A stretch of 64,000 bases of DNA from the NCBI GenBank assembly GCA_964591835.1, contig CAZQBS010000008.1:1959-65958 (forward strand), given 5' to 3'. The notes below the pieces were generated by a model, which was not told the DNA's origin, did not search any database, and saw only the letters and a list, made by a program, of their open reading frames with translations. This document shows, piece after piece, positions 49,463-58,461 of the stretch; within the stretch, counting starts at the first letter, position 1, and every line of letters starts with the position of its first letter. The DNA is from an uncultured Sphingorhabdus sp. GTDB taxonomy: Bacteria > Pseudomonadota > Alphaproteobacteria > Sphingomonadales > Sphingomonadaceae. The position numbers and the translations under genes are program-made.

Positions 49463-51787
49463 ATGGCGTCGCGCAGTCCAAAATTGAACCCGAAAACGTC
49501 GATGGCGAACTGGCGCCAGATGATGCGGTTGTCGCTGTTGCGCAGCGGTGCGCTGATCGGCGCGGGTGCGCTCGGGCTGTTTGCGTTGTTCTTCGGGCTT
49601 GCGGTGCTGAGCTATTCGTCTGCAGACGCGGCGTTCAACAGTGCTGCTGCCAGTGTCGAGCATAACTGGATGGGGCAGAGCGGGGCGTATCTCGCCGATG
49701 CAGCTTTGTTCCTGTTCGGCCTGCCAGCAGTCCTGTTGCTGCCATTGATGCTGGTGATCGCGCGGCGTCTGTGGCGCGATGTGCCGCAGCCCCGCTGGAA
49801 GCGGCAGATGAGCCTGTGCCTGCTCGGCATGATATTGGCAGGTTTCGGCCTCGCCTACTGGCAACATGATAACGACATCGGCCTGCCAGCGGGATGGGGC
49901 GGGACCATCGCTTTGTTGCTCGATAATGGCGTGAGCATGTTGGTCGGGCAGATCGAAGGCGTGTTGCAAAGCGTGGTGCGCGTGTCGCTTATCATTGGCA
50001 GCCTGTTCGGCGGTATTGCACTGGTCATCCGGTCGCTCGAGCTCGAAGAACCGCTGTTCCGGATTCCGGCGATGTCGATGCCGAAGATTGGCGCCAGGCA
50101 TGGCGTAGTGCTCGCTCCCGACAATGACGATTACATGCCAACGCCGGTCATTGAGGCAACGCCGCCGCGCAGGCCGGTCGAGCCCGACACGCGCAAACCG
50201 CCGGTTATCGACGACCGTTCACTTGCCCCCAAAAAAGCCGCGTTCTCGACAGGTGCCAGGCAGGGTGATTTCTTTGGCAGCTACATTTTGCCGTCGCTCG
50301 AACTGCTCGATCCTCCGCCGTCGGTTCCGGTGCCCAAGCTCGACAAAGCGGCGCTTGAGGCCAATGCCCGACTGCTCGAATCGGTGCTCGACGATTTTCA
50401 TGTGAAGGGCCAGATCGTTGCCGTCCGCCCCGGACCTGTGGTGACGATGTACGAACTCGAACCAGCGGCGGGCATCAAGTCGAGCCGTGTTATCCAGCTT
50501 GCCGAGGATATCGCCCGCAACATGTCGGCGCTATCGGCGCGCGTTTCGGTTATTCCGGGGCGCACAGTGATGGGGATCGAATTGCCCAACGCGCACCGCG
50601 AACCGGTGGTGTTCCAGGAAATGGTCGGCTCAGGCGCATTCGCCGATCAAAAAGGCGCGCTTCCGATTATCCTCGGCAAGAATATCTCGGGCGATCCGGT
50701 GATTGCCGATCTTGCCCCGATGCCGCATTTGCTGGTCGCGGGGACCACGGGGTCGGGCAAGTCAGTTGGGCTGAACTGCATGATCCTGTCACTGCTCTAC
50801 CGACTGACACCCGACCAGTGCCGCCTGATCATGATCGACCCGAAGATGCTCGAGCTCAGCATCTATGACGACATCCCGCATCTGCTGTCGCCGGTGGTGA
50901 CCGAGCCGGCGAAAGCAATCCGCGCACTCAAATGGGCGGTCGAGCAGATGGAAGACCGTTACCGCATGATGTCGTCGCTGTCGGTTCGCAATCTGGCCAA
51001 TTTCAACGAGAAAATCCGCGCGGCAAAGGCAAAAGGTACGCCGCTTGGTCGCAAAGTGCAGATCGGCTACGACCCGATGACCGGCCAACCGCAATATGAG
51101 GAGGAGAGTCTCGAATACGACATCATGCCGCAAATCGTGGTGGTGGTGGACGAACTCGCCGACCTGATGATGACCGCTGGCAAAGAGGTAGAGTTTTTGA
51201 TCCAGCGGCTGGCGCAAAAGGCGCGCGCGGCGGGCATCCACCTGATCATGGCGACGCAGCGGCCTTCGGTCGATGTTATTACCGGCGTGATTAAGGCCAA
51301 CCTGCCAACGCGGATTTCCTTTCACGTGACGTCGAAAATCGACAGCCGGACCATCTTGGGTGAACAGGGTGCCGAACAGCTGCTCGGTAAGGGCGACATG
51401 CTCTATATGGCGGGCGGGCGTGGCTTGACCCGTATTCACGGGCCGTTCGTCTCCGATGACGAGGTTCGCCGTGTCGCCGATCACTGGCGCGGACAGGGCA
51501 AACCCGAATATATCCACGCGGTGACCGAAGAGCCGGAGGATGGCGGTTTCGACTTTGGCGGAATGGGCAGCGACGACAGCGAGGAAGATTCGCAATACCG
51601 CAAGGCGTGCCAGATTGTCTTCGAAAGCCAGAAAGCCTCGACCAGCTGGATCCAGCGGCAATTGCGCATCGGCTATAACAGCGCGGCTCGACTGATCGAC
51701 CGGATGGAGGAGGACGGCTTTGTGTCCGCGCCCAACCATATCGGGCGCCGTGAAGTGCTCCGCGACCGGAACGGCGATCCGGTCTGA
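49463..51787 (+). CDS. ftsK: DNA translocase FtsK
   Basis: N-terminal TM segments, PHLLVAGTTGSGKS, VDELADLM, ATQRPS and a gamma domain IGYNSAARL. Confidence 0.96.
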   Translation: MASRSPKLNPKTSMANWRQMMRLSLLRSGALIGAGALGLFALFFGLAVLSYSSADAAFNSAAASVEHNWMGQSGAYLADAALFLFGLPAVLLLPLMLVIARRLWRDVPQPRWKRQMSLCLLGMILAGFGLAYWQHDNDIGLPAGWGGTIALLLDNGVSMLVGQIEGVLQSVVRVSLIIGSLFGGIALVIRSLELEEPLFRIPAMSMPKIGARHGVVLAPDNDDYMPTPVIEATPPRRPVEPDTRKPPVIDDRSLAPKKAAFSTGARQGDFFGSYILPSLELLDPPPSVPVPKLDKAALEANARLLESVLDDFHVKGQIVAVRPGPVVTMYELEPAAGIKSSRVIQLAEDIARNMSALSARVSVIPGRTVMGIELPNAHREPVVFQEMVGSGAFADQKGALPIILGKNISGDPVIADLAPMPHLLVAGTTGSGKSVGLNCMILSLLYRLTPDQCRLIMIDPKMLELSIYDDIPHLLSPVVTEPAKAIRALKWAVEQMEDRYRMMSSLSVRNLANFNEKIRAAKAKGTPLGRKVQIGYDPMTGQPQYEEESLEYDIMPQIVVVVDELADLMMTAGKEVEFLIQRLAQKARAAGIHLIMATQRPSVDVITGVIKANLPTRISFHVTSKIDSRTILGEQGAEQLLGKGDMLYMAGGRGLTRIHGPFVSDDEVRRVADHWRGQGKPEYIHAVTEEPEDGGFDFGGMGSDDSEEDSQYRKACQIVFESQKASTSWIQRQLRIGYNSAARLIDRMEEDGFVSAPNHIGRREVLRDRNGDPV

Positions 51788-51790
51788 CGG

Positions 51791-51805
51791 TTAACACGCG
51801 GTTCA
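51791..51805. promoter_or_regulatory. CtrA-like box upstream of lolA
   Basis: TTAA-cacgcgg-TTCA, one mismatch. Confidence 0.4.
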
Positions 51806-51849
51806 ACGCGTAACGGCTAGTTGGGTGCAATCTCAAAAGGATAAAAATA

Positions 51850-52473
51850 ATGAATTTTGCAAAATACGCCCTGATGTTCGCGCCCGCCGCTTTGGTGCTG
51901 GCGATGCCGTCGAGCGCGCAAACGCAGGGCGACAAGATGGCGCGCGTTGTAGCGCATATGAAAGCGGTCCAGACGATGACCGCCAGCTTCACCCAGACTG
52001 ACCGCAAGGGCCAGACGCTTTCGGGCAAATTGCTGCTCAAACGTCCGGGCCATGTCCGCTTCGAATATCAAAAGGGTGTGCCGCTCTTGATCGTCGGCGA
52101 TGGCAAAGCGCTGACGATGGTCGATTACGAAGTGAAGCAGGTTCAGCGCTGGCCGATCCGTAACAGCCCGCTTGCCGCCTTGCTCGACCCCGGACAGGAT
52201 CTGGCGCGCTACGGCAAGCTTGTGCCGACATCGACTGATGACGTGATCAGTGTCGAGGTGCGCGATGCCAAGCGTCCCGAATTCGGGGTGATTACGATGG
52301 TGTTTGTGAAGCAGGCAGGCGCGCCGGGAGGGCTGACGCTCAACGGCTGGGTCGCGCTCGATTCGAAAAATAACCGGACCAGTATCCGACTCGGCAATGT
52401 AAAATTTAACGGAAATGTCCCTAATTCCAGCTTTACTTGGAAAGATCCGCGGCCTGTTCGCCGGAAAAGTTGA
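51850..52473 (+). CDS. lolA: Outer-membrane lipoprotein carrier protein LolA
   Basis: Signal peptide, ASFTQTD, GKLLLKRPGHVRFEY and LIVGDGK; follows ftsK. Confidence 0.85.
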   Translation: MNFAKYALMFAPAALVLAMPSSAQTQGDKMARVVAHMKAVQTMTASFTQTDRKGQTLSGKLLLKRPGHVRFEYQKGVPLLIVGDGKALTMVDYEVKQVQRWPIRNSPLAALLDPGQDLARYGKLVPTSTDDVISVEVRDAKRPEFGVITMVFVKQAGAPGGLTLNGWVALDSKNNRTSIRLGNVKFNGNVPNSSFTWKDPRPVRRKS

Positions 52474-52565
52474 GACAGGGCGACGAAGCGATGCTGAACG
52501 CCGATCAACCGCGAAGCTGAACGCGGCTGTTCATCTGGGTGACAGGAAAGTTTTGTATAAATACG

Positions 52566-52698
52566 TCATCAGCGGTTGGCAGTTTGTGTGGTTTTCCCCC
52601 CTGTTGCCCACAACGTGACGCCCGCCACTGATATCCGCGTGACGAACGCAAGCTTAGCCCTCATCCCAAATGCCCCCGGGATGAGGGCTTTGCTTTTT
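52566..52698 (+). ncRNA. Candidate small RNA: long hairpin with C/U-rich loop plus terminator
   Basis: TATAAA at 52556, an ATCAG...CTGAT-closed hairpin (52568-52632) and a 12-bp terminator stem; no convincing ORF. Confidence 0.45.
52656..52698 (+). terminator. Intrinsic terminator
   Basis: AGCCCTCATCCC...GGGATGAGGGCT followed by TTGCTTTTT. Confidence 0.8.
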
Positions 52699-52757
52699 CC
52701 ACCTTCATTGAACCACCGGCTTGCCCATGCCGCATGGCCTCTATAGGGCAGCCGCAT

Positions 52758-53564
52758 ATGGCTCAAACACTCCGCATAGCTTCCTGGAACATCAACTCGG
52801 TCCGCGCCCGTCTCGATATTGTCGAACGCTATCTCAAGGAGGATTCGCCCGACATCTTGTGCCTGCAGGAAACCAAGGTCATCGACGGTATGTTTCCCGA
52901 AGGTTTATTCCGCCAGCTCGGCTATCGCCATATGATGGTCAACGGTCAGCCGATGCACCACGGCGTCGCTATCGTCAGCAAGGTTCCCTTGCGAAACCGG
53001 CGAGTCGAGGACTGGCAGGCCAATGGCGAGGCACGGCATGTCGGTGCTGAATTCAGTATCGAGGGTGGGGCGACCGTTCGGCTGGACAACGTATACATCC
53101 CGGCAGGCGGCGAGTTTCCCGATCTGGAGAACAACCCTAAATTCGGCCAGAAGCTCGATTTCCTCGGGCGGATGACCGACTGGTCGGCAAAGCTGGACGG
53201 CCCGACGATATTGACCGGCGATTTCAATGTTGCGCCGCTCGAACAGGATGTCTGGAGCCACAAGCAACTGATTAACGTCGTCAGCCACACACCCGTGGAA
53301 ATCGACCTGCTGGCGAAATTGAAGGCCGCTGGAAACTGGGTCGATCTGGCGCGGCAGTTTGTCGATCCTTCGCAGAAGCTCTATACATGGTGGAGCTACC
53401 GCGCTCAGGACTGGGAGGCATCGGATCGTGGCCGGAGGCTGGACCATATGTGGGTGACTCCCGATCTCGAGGCCAATGCCGTATCGCACCAGGTTGACAA
53501 GAAGTGCCGGAGCTGGGGCAAGCCGTCCGACCACGCACCAATCGTCACGGAATTCGCTTTTTGA
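52758..53564 (+). CDS. xth: Exodeoxyribonuclease III
   Basis: IASWNINSVRAR, LCLQETK, GDFNVAP, YTWWSYR, RLDHMW and SDHAPI. Confidence 0.95.
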   Translation: MAQTLRIASWNINSVRARLDIVERYLKEDSPDILCLQETKVIDGMFPEGLFRQLGYRHMMVNGQPMHHGVAIVSKVPLRNRRVEDWQANGEARHVGAEFSIEGGATVRLDNVYIPAGGEFPDLENNPKFGQKLDFLGRMTDWSAKLDGPTILTGDFNVAPLEQDVWSHKQLINVVSHTPVEIDLLAKLKAAGNWVDLARQFVDPSQKLYTWWSYRAQDWEASDRGRRLDHMWVTPDLEANAVSHQVDKKCRSWGKPSDHAPIVTEFAF

Positions 53565-54622
53565 GCGAGGAGATTTCTTCCGGCGATCCCCGCCAAGCAG
53601 CGCGTGCCATCGACTCGCTTCGGCGGGGCTGGGCGATACAGGTGCAAGGGAAGCAGGGAGCCTTGGTATTGATGGCTGTTGAAACGGCGGCCGCATTTTC
53701 GGATGCATCGGCATTGTTGCTGTCGTCGAGCCGGGCGGCAACGCTCAAGCTCGCCAATCAGCGCGCCGCTGCAGATGTGGCGTTGCCGGTAATGATATCA
53801 GCGCCTGCCGAGCTCGATGCCGGACTGGCGCTCGCTATTGCCGACCCGACGCTCGATTTGCGCTATCCGATGAAGGGACCGTTTTCGGCGCTGCCGTTGA
53901 ACGACGGGGGGGCGGCGCTTGCCGCGATGGAACTGGCACGGCTGGCGGGTCTTCTACCTGCGTTTTTGGTGCACAATAATAGCAGGGATGACATCGGCAC
54001 CGTCACGCCAGCCGATATAGCCGCATTCAATGACAGCACGTCACTGCAAATTTCGGCCCGTGCCCGGTTGCCAGTGGCGGCCAACACCGATGCCGAGATT
54101 GTCGCCTTCCGCAGCGATGCCGATGCCAGCGATCATATCGCCCTGATAGTAGGCCAGCGCGACCAGAGCGCGCCTGTCGTGCGGCTGCACAGCGAATGCC
54201 TGACAGGCGATGTGCTTGGCAGCCTGAAATGCGACTGTGGCCCTCAACTGCATGAAGCGCTGCACCAGATGTCGGGTGCCAAGTGGGGCATATTGCTCTA
54301 TCTCAGGCAAGAGGGACGTGGCATCGGGTTGATCAATAAATTGCGTGCCTACGCCCTGCAGGATCAAGGCTTCGACACGGTGGATGCCAATACCCGGCTT
54401 GGCTTCGCGGTAGATGCGCGCGATTTTTCTGTGGCGGCGCGGATGCTCGATCTACTTGGCGTGAGTGAGTTCAAGCTGCTCACTAACAACCCGAACAAGG
54501 TATCGGGGCTGGAGGCCGAGGGGCTAAAGGTTATCGAGCGCCTGCCGCTCCAGATTGCCGCCAATCCCCACAACGCCGGCTACCTCGACACCAAGCGCGA
54601 CCGAACAGGGCACCAGCTCTAA
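53561..54622 (+). CDS. ribA: GTP cyclohydrolase II with a degenerate DHBP-synthase-like N-terminal domain
   Basis: VRLHSECLTGD, CDCGPQL, YLRQEGRGIGL and LLTNNP. TTG start overlapping the xth stop is assumed. Confidence 0.9.
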   Translation: MSEEISSGDPRQAARAIDSLRRGWAIQVQGKQGALVLMAVETAAAFSDASALLLSSSRAATLKLANQRAAADVALPVMISAPAELDAGLALAIADPTLDLRYPMKGPFSALPLNDGGAALAAMELARLAGLLPAFLVHNNSRDDIGTVTPADIAAFNDSTSLQISARARLPVAANTDAEIVAFRSDADASDHIALIVGQRDQSAPVVRLHSECLTGDVLGSLKCDCGPQLHEALHQMSGAKWGILLYLRQEGRGIGLINKLRAYALQDQGFDTVDANTRLGFAVDARDFSVAARMLDLLGVSEFKLLTNNPNKVSGLEAEGLKVIERLPLQIAANPHNAGYLDTKRDRTGHQL

Positions 54623-54687
54623 CCGCTTGCCAACAGGCCGCTCCCCGCAATACATAGTTATTTCAGGGTGTAAGGAACGGGGACGGT

Positions 54688-55341
54688 TTGGCAGACGCGG
54701 AGCATCGGGCACTGGTTGCAGCATGCTTTGGTTGTCCGGAGCATGAGGCGGGGCTTATTGCCGCGAATATGGTGTTGCGGCGATATCCGCACCGTGCACC
54801 GATAGCGCTTCGCGGCGATCCGTCTTCGCACCTTTATCTGGTAATCGACGGCCTGGCCTCGGCCGATCTGTTCAGTATAGACGGCCAATATGCGCAGCTT
54901 GCCGGATACGGACCCGGCGAATTGTTCGGTGCTTATCCCGAAGCGATGACGCACCGTGCCGATATCACCGCGCAGGGCGGCCTGAATGCGTTGATGATCG
55001 AAACCGACATATTGAGCGGTCTGGCAAAGCAACACGCCGCGATTGCCCAAGGTATCGCGCATATCATGGCGCGGCAGCTCGATTTGACGCTTGACCGGAT
55101 GGCGGCACGGATCGGCCTAAGCGCGACCGGACGGTGCTACCGCGCATTGCTGCAACGCTCGGACGACAATGGCTGGATAAAGCCAGCGCCGGTGCTGTCG
55201 GCACTTGCCATCGGGGTCAATACGACGCGCGAAACCGCGTCGCGCGCGCTGGCCAATCTGGTCAGGCGGGGAATTGTCGAGCGAAGCGACGCGGGGATCA
55301 GGATCGTGTCGCGGCGGATGCTCGAGGATATGGTGGTTTAG
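54688..55341 (+). CDS. Crp/Fnr-family transcriptional regulator
   Basis: cNMP-binding segment LYLVIDG...GPGELFG and C-terminal HTH TTRETASRALANL. Confidence 0.82.
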   Translation: MADAEHRALVAACFGCPEHEAGLIAANMVLRRYPHRAPIALRGDPSSHLYLVIDGLASADLFSIDGQYAQLAGYGPGELFGAYPEAMTHRADITAQGGLNALMIETDILSGLAKQHAAIAQGIAHIMARQLDLTLDRMAARIGLSATGRCYRALLQRSDDNGWIKPAPVLSALAIGVNTTRETASRALANLVRRGIVERSDAGIRIVSRRMLEDMVV

Positions 55342-55345
55342 TCGA

Positions 55346-57370
55346 CTACTCGGGGGGAGGCAATTCGCCTTCTTCCTCGTCGTTGTTCCTGCCGAGCGCG
55401 CGGTCGATAAACGCGTCGTCGAGCGGCTCGGGCTCTTGGCCATCGACCAGATTGTCATCCGGGGGAAGTGGCTGGCCCTCGATCGGCATCCCGTTCTCAT
55501 CGAGCAACAGACCTTCTTCGCCCTCCAGTGGCAATAGTTCCTCGTCTTCGAGCCGCTCGGGAAAGGTCACCTCGGTGTCGAATTTCTCGACCGGACGTCC
55601 CGACACAGCGACACGCATGAACGCCGCCCAAGCTTGCGCCGGCGCGCGTCCACCCTCAAGTCCGCCGACCGCGCGCGCGTCATCGCGACCCATCCAGACG
55701 CCGGTGGTCAGCCCGCTTGAAAAGCCGAGGAACCAACCGTCCTTATTACTGCTGGTTGTGCCCGTTTTACCCGCAACCGGCCTGCCGATATTGGCAGCGC
55801 GTCCGGTGCCAGTGGCAACCGCAGTCTGCATCAGGTCGGTCATCCCGCCCGCAACCCAGCTCTCGACCAGCTGGATCGACCGTGCGGGCTTGGCCTTGTA
55901 GATGATGTCGCCTTCGATGGTGGTGACTTTGCTGATGCCATAAGGCGAAATGCTGCGGCCCTTGGCGGCGACCGCAGCAAAGGCGCGGGTCATGTCGATC
56001 ACCCGTGCTTCGGACGTGCCGAGCACCATCGACGGCAAAGTGTTGATCGGCGTGGTGATTCCGAAGCGTCGCGCCATGTTGGCGATGCTGCTTGTCCCGA
56101 CTTCGTTGCCGATCTGCGCGGCGACTGTGTTTTTGGAATAGGCAAAGGCGGTTCGAACGGTGATCTCTCCCGCGTAATTTCCGCCGCTATTCTTCGGCTG
56201 CCAGCCGTCGATTTCCACAGGTTCGTCCACAACCTTGTCCTCAGGGCGGAAACCCGATTCGAGCGCGGTCAAGTAGACGAAAAGCTTCCACGCCGAACCC
56301 GGCTGGCGCACGGCGGTGACCGCGCGGTTGTAGTTGCTGGTGACATAATCGGTGCCGCCCACCATTGCCTTGACGGCACCGTCGCGGTCGATGGAGACGA
56401 GCGCGCCTTGCGCACCGCGCGGAGCATTTGCGGCAATGGCTGCGGTTGCCGCGCGCTGCATTTTAAGGTCGAGCGTGGTCCAGACATCGATTGGCTTTTC
56501 GGTCTCGTCGATAAGTCCGTCGAGTTGCGGCAACGCCCAGTCGGTAAAATAGCGCACACTGTCCTGCGGCGGTTCGGCGGCCATCCTGACCTGCGCGGGC
56601 TTGACCGTCGCGGCTTCAGCGGCGGTAATCATCCCCGCATCCTGCATTACCTCGACGACAACGGACGCGCGGCCAAGCGCAGCCTTGGCATCGGCCGTAG
56701 GCGAATAACGTGACGGTGCTTTTACAAGCCCGGCGATGATTGCGGCTTCGGCTAGGCTAAGCTCTTCCGCACCATGATCGAAAAATTTCCGGCTGGCCGC
56801 ATCGACGCCGTAAGCACCGCCGCCGAAATAGACCTTGTTCAGATAGAGCTCGAGAATCTGCTCCTTGGAGAATTTGGTCTCCATCGCCAGCGCGAGAACG
56901 ATCTCGCGCATTTTCCGTCCGAATTCCTTGTTGTTGTTGAGATAAACGTTGCGCGCAAGCTGCTGCGTGATTGTCGATCCGCCCTGAGTCCAGCGGCCCT
57001 CGACAAACCGGACATAGAACGAGCGGGTAATACCGATGGGATCGACGCCCGGATGCATATAATAGCGCCGGTCCTCGACCGCGACCATCGCGTCCTTCAT
57101 TTCGGAAGGCAGCTGCCTGATCGTCAGCCAGCGACCAAAGCTTGGGCCCAGTGACTGGATGACCGTGCCATCGGCGGCGCGGACACGGATCATTTGCCCA
57201 TTGGGCGAGGCCTTGAGATCTTCGAAGCTCTCTATCTCGCCGCGGGCAATGGCTACAAAAATGCCCAGAACCATGAGCAGTAATAAACCCGCTATGACGC
57301 CGATCTTCAAAAGCCGGACGGTCCAGATACGGAACGGTCCGTGTTGCGATACAGAGCTAGCGCGTGCCAT
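55346..57370 (-). CDS. Class A penicillin-binding protein (PBP1A family)
   Basis: Glycosyltransferase motifs EDRRYY, GGSTITQQL and RKMRE; transpeptidase motifs RQPGSAWK, SKN and KTGT. Confidence 0.93.
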   Translation of the reverse strand: MARASSVSQHGPFRIWTVRLLKIGVIAGLLLLMVLGIFVAIARGEIESFEDLKASPNGQMIRVRAADGTVIQSLGPSFGRWLTIRQLPSEMKDAMVAVEDRRYYMHPGVDPIGITRSFYVRFVEGRWTQGGSTITQQLARNVYLNNNKEFGRKMREIVLALAMETKFSKEQILELYLNKVYFGGGAYGVDAASRKFFDHGAEELSLAEAAIIAGLVKAPSRYSPTADAKAALGRASVVVEVMQDAGMITAAEAATVKPAQVRMAAEPPQDSVRYFTDWALPQLDGLIDETEKPIDVWTTLDLKMQRAATAAIAANAPRGAQGALVSIDRDGAVKAMVGGTDYVTSNYNRAVTAVRQPGSAWKLFVYLTALESGFRPEDKVVDEPVEIDGWQPKNSGGNYAGEITVRTAFAYSKNTVAAQIGNEVGTSSIANMARRFGITTPINTLPSMVLGTSEARVIDMTRAFAAVAAKGRSISPYGISKVTTIEGDIIYKAKPARSIQLVESWVAGGMTDLMQTAVATGTGRAANIGRPVAGKTGTTSSNKDGWFLGFSSGLTTGVWMGRDDARAVGGLEGGRAPAQAWAAFMRVAVSGRPVEKFDTEVTFPERLEDEELLPLEGEEGLLLDENGMPIEGQPLPPDDNLVDGQEPEPLDDAFIDRALGRNNDEEEGELPPPE

Positions 57371-57437
57371 TGGCGGCGGTGTTAATCACAATCGGCAGGC
57401 GTCACAAGCGCCATTCGTCTAACGCCTTTGGGCAAAC

Positions 57438-57830
57438 TCACTCCGGGTCGAATTCCAGGGATGCGCTATTGATGCAATAGCGCAATCCGTCAGGGCCGGG
57501 ACCGTCGGGGAAAACATGGCCAAGATGTCCTTCGCAAACCGCACAGCGCACTTCGGTGCGAACCATGCCGTGCGAAACGTCGCGATGTTCGGCGACGACT
57601 TCACTGTCGGCAGGGGCGGTAAAGCTTGGCCAGCCAGAGCCGCTGTCGAACTTGGTGTCCGAGGCGAACAGCGTTGTGCCGCATCCCGCGCAACGGAATT
57701 CACCCTCGCGCTTCTCGTCAGTCAGCTTGCCTGCAAATGCGCGCTCGGTGCCCGCCTCACGCAGCACATGATATTGAACCGGATCGAGTTTGGCGCGCCA
57801 TTCGGCGTCGGTCTTTTGCACTTTTTCCAT
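57438..57830 (-). CDS. msrB: Peptide-methionine (R)-S-oxide reductase MsrB
   Basis: [27 protein letters not shown] and RYCINS. Confidence 0.95.
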   Translation of the reverse strand: MEKVQKTDAEWRAKLDPVQYHVLREAGTERAFAGKLTDEKREGEFRCAGCGTTLFASDTKFDSGSGWPSFTAPADSEVVAEHRDVSHGMVRTEVRCAVCEGHLGHVFPDGPGPDGLRYCINSASLEFDPE

Positions 57831-57851
57831 GATGTCACCTTTCGCGTTGTC

Positions 57852-57880
57852 ATGTGGGGTTTGGGGTCCTTGTGGTCAAG
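57852..57880 (-). promoter_or_regulatory. Possible RpoH-type promoter of msrB
   Basis: The minus strand reads CTTGAC-N15-CCCCACAT. Confidence 0.35.
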
Positions 57881-57889
57881 CCACCTGCT

Positions 57890-57905
57890 TTAACCGACTG
57901 TTCAC
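57890..57905. promoter_or_regulatory. CtrA-like box upstream of the orphan DUF4402 gene
   Basis: TTAA-ccgactg-TTCAC, one mismatch. Confidence 0.5.
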
Positions 57906-57930
57906 CACGTTGTGCCATTAGTGGCAGGAT

Positions 57931-58461
57931 ATGGCAGGACCAGGTCATATGCTGCGCGTCGTGGGGGCGTTGGGGCTTTTGCCGTTGCTGGTGGCAGCGG
58001 GAGACGACGTGTGCCGGTTGTGCAGCGCCTCCACGACGTCAGAACAGGGAACAATCCGACGCGAAATCCCGCTGACCATAGAAATCACTACAAAACTCGA
58101 CTTCAGTCGCGCGGCTTTGTCGGGCGCTGGCGGCGGCGCAATCGAACTTGATCCGCAGGGCGGCGGCAGGCGTGTCGATGGTGGCCTCATCGATCTCGGC
58201 GGGTCCGCTTTAGCCGGAACCGCCGTGGTCAGGGGCGAACCGGGTCGGACGGTGCGTATCGACATGCCAGTCACTGCGCGTATGACCTCGTCGAACGGCG
58301 GCGTGATCGAAATTGCCGGGATGCGCACCAATATCGGCGCTAATGCCCGTCTGGACAGCGCCGGACGGCTGGAATTTGCGTTTGGCGGTAGGTTGCTGGT
58401 TAAAAGCAATGTCTTCGGCACATTCCGCGCGCGAATACCCATTACTGCCCAATATGAGTGA
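57931..58461 (+). CDS. Orphan DUF4402-family secreted protein
   Basis: Signal peptide, CRLC motif, LDFS motif, FGGRL and C-terminal GTFRARIPITAQYE with penultimate Tyr; alternative start at 57949. Confidence 0.68.
   Translation: MAGPGHMLRVVGALGLLPLLVAAGDDVCRLCSASTTSEQGTIRREIPLTIEITTKLDFSRAALSGAGGGAIELDPQGGGRRVDGGLIDLGGSALAGTAVVRGEPGRTVRIDMPVTARMTSSNGGVIEIAGMRTNIGANARLDSAGRLEFAFGGRLLVKSNVFGTFRARIPITAQYE

Noticed and set aside
52539-52561. Shared GTGACAGG...TATA motif here and at about 63107-63130
   Set aside because: The spacing to the TATA element differs (11 versus 13 nt) and there are only two instances, which is not enough to call a regulator site.
52560-52757. FMN (RFN) riboswitch for the downstream xth-ribA unit
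   Set aside because: The conserved RFN core sequence is absent, and the first downstream gene is xth.
52569-52766. 65-aa minus-strand ORF and 67-aa plus-strand ORF (52415-52618) in the lolA-xth gap
   Set aside because: No RBS or recognisable motif, they overlap neighbouring genes, and the hairpin-plus-terminator layout explains the region better.
55346-55560. Acidic, Pro-rich low-complexity C-terminus of PBP1A and the Ala/Pro linkers of SucB
   Set aside because: These are ordinary disordered tails and linkers for these families, not tandem DNA repeats.
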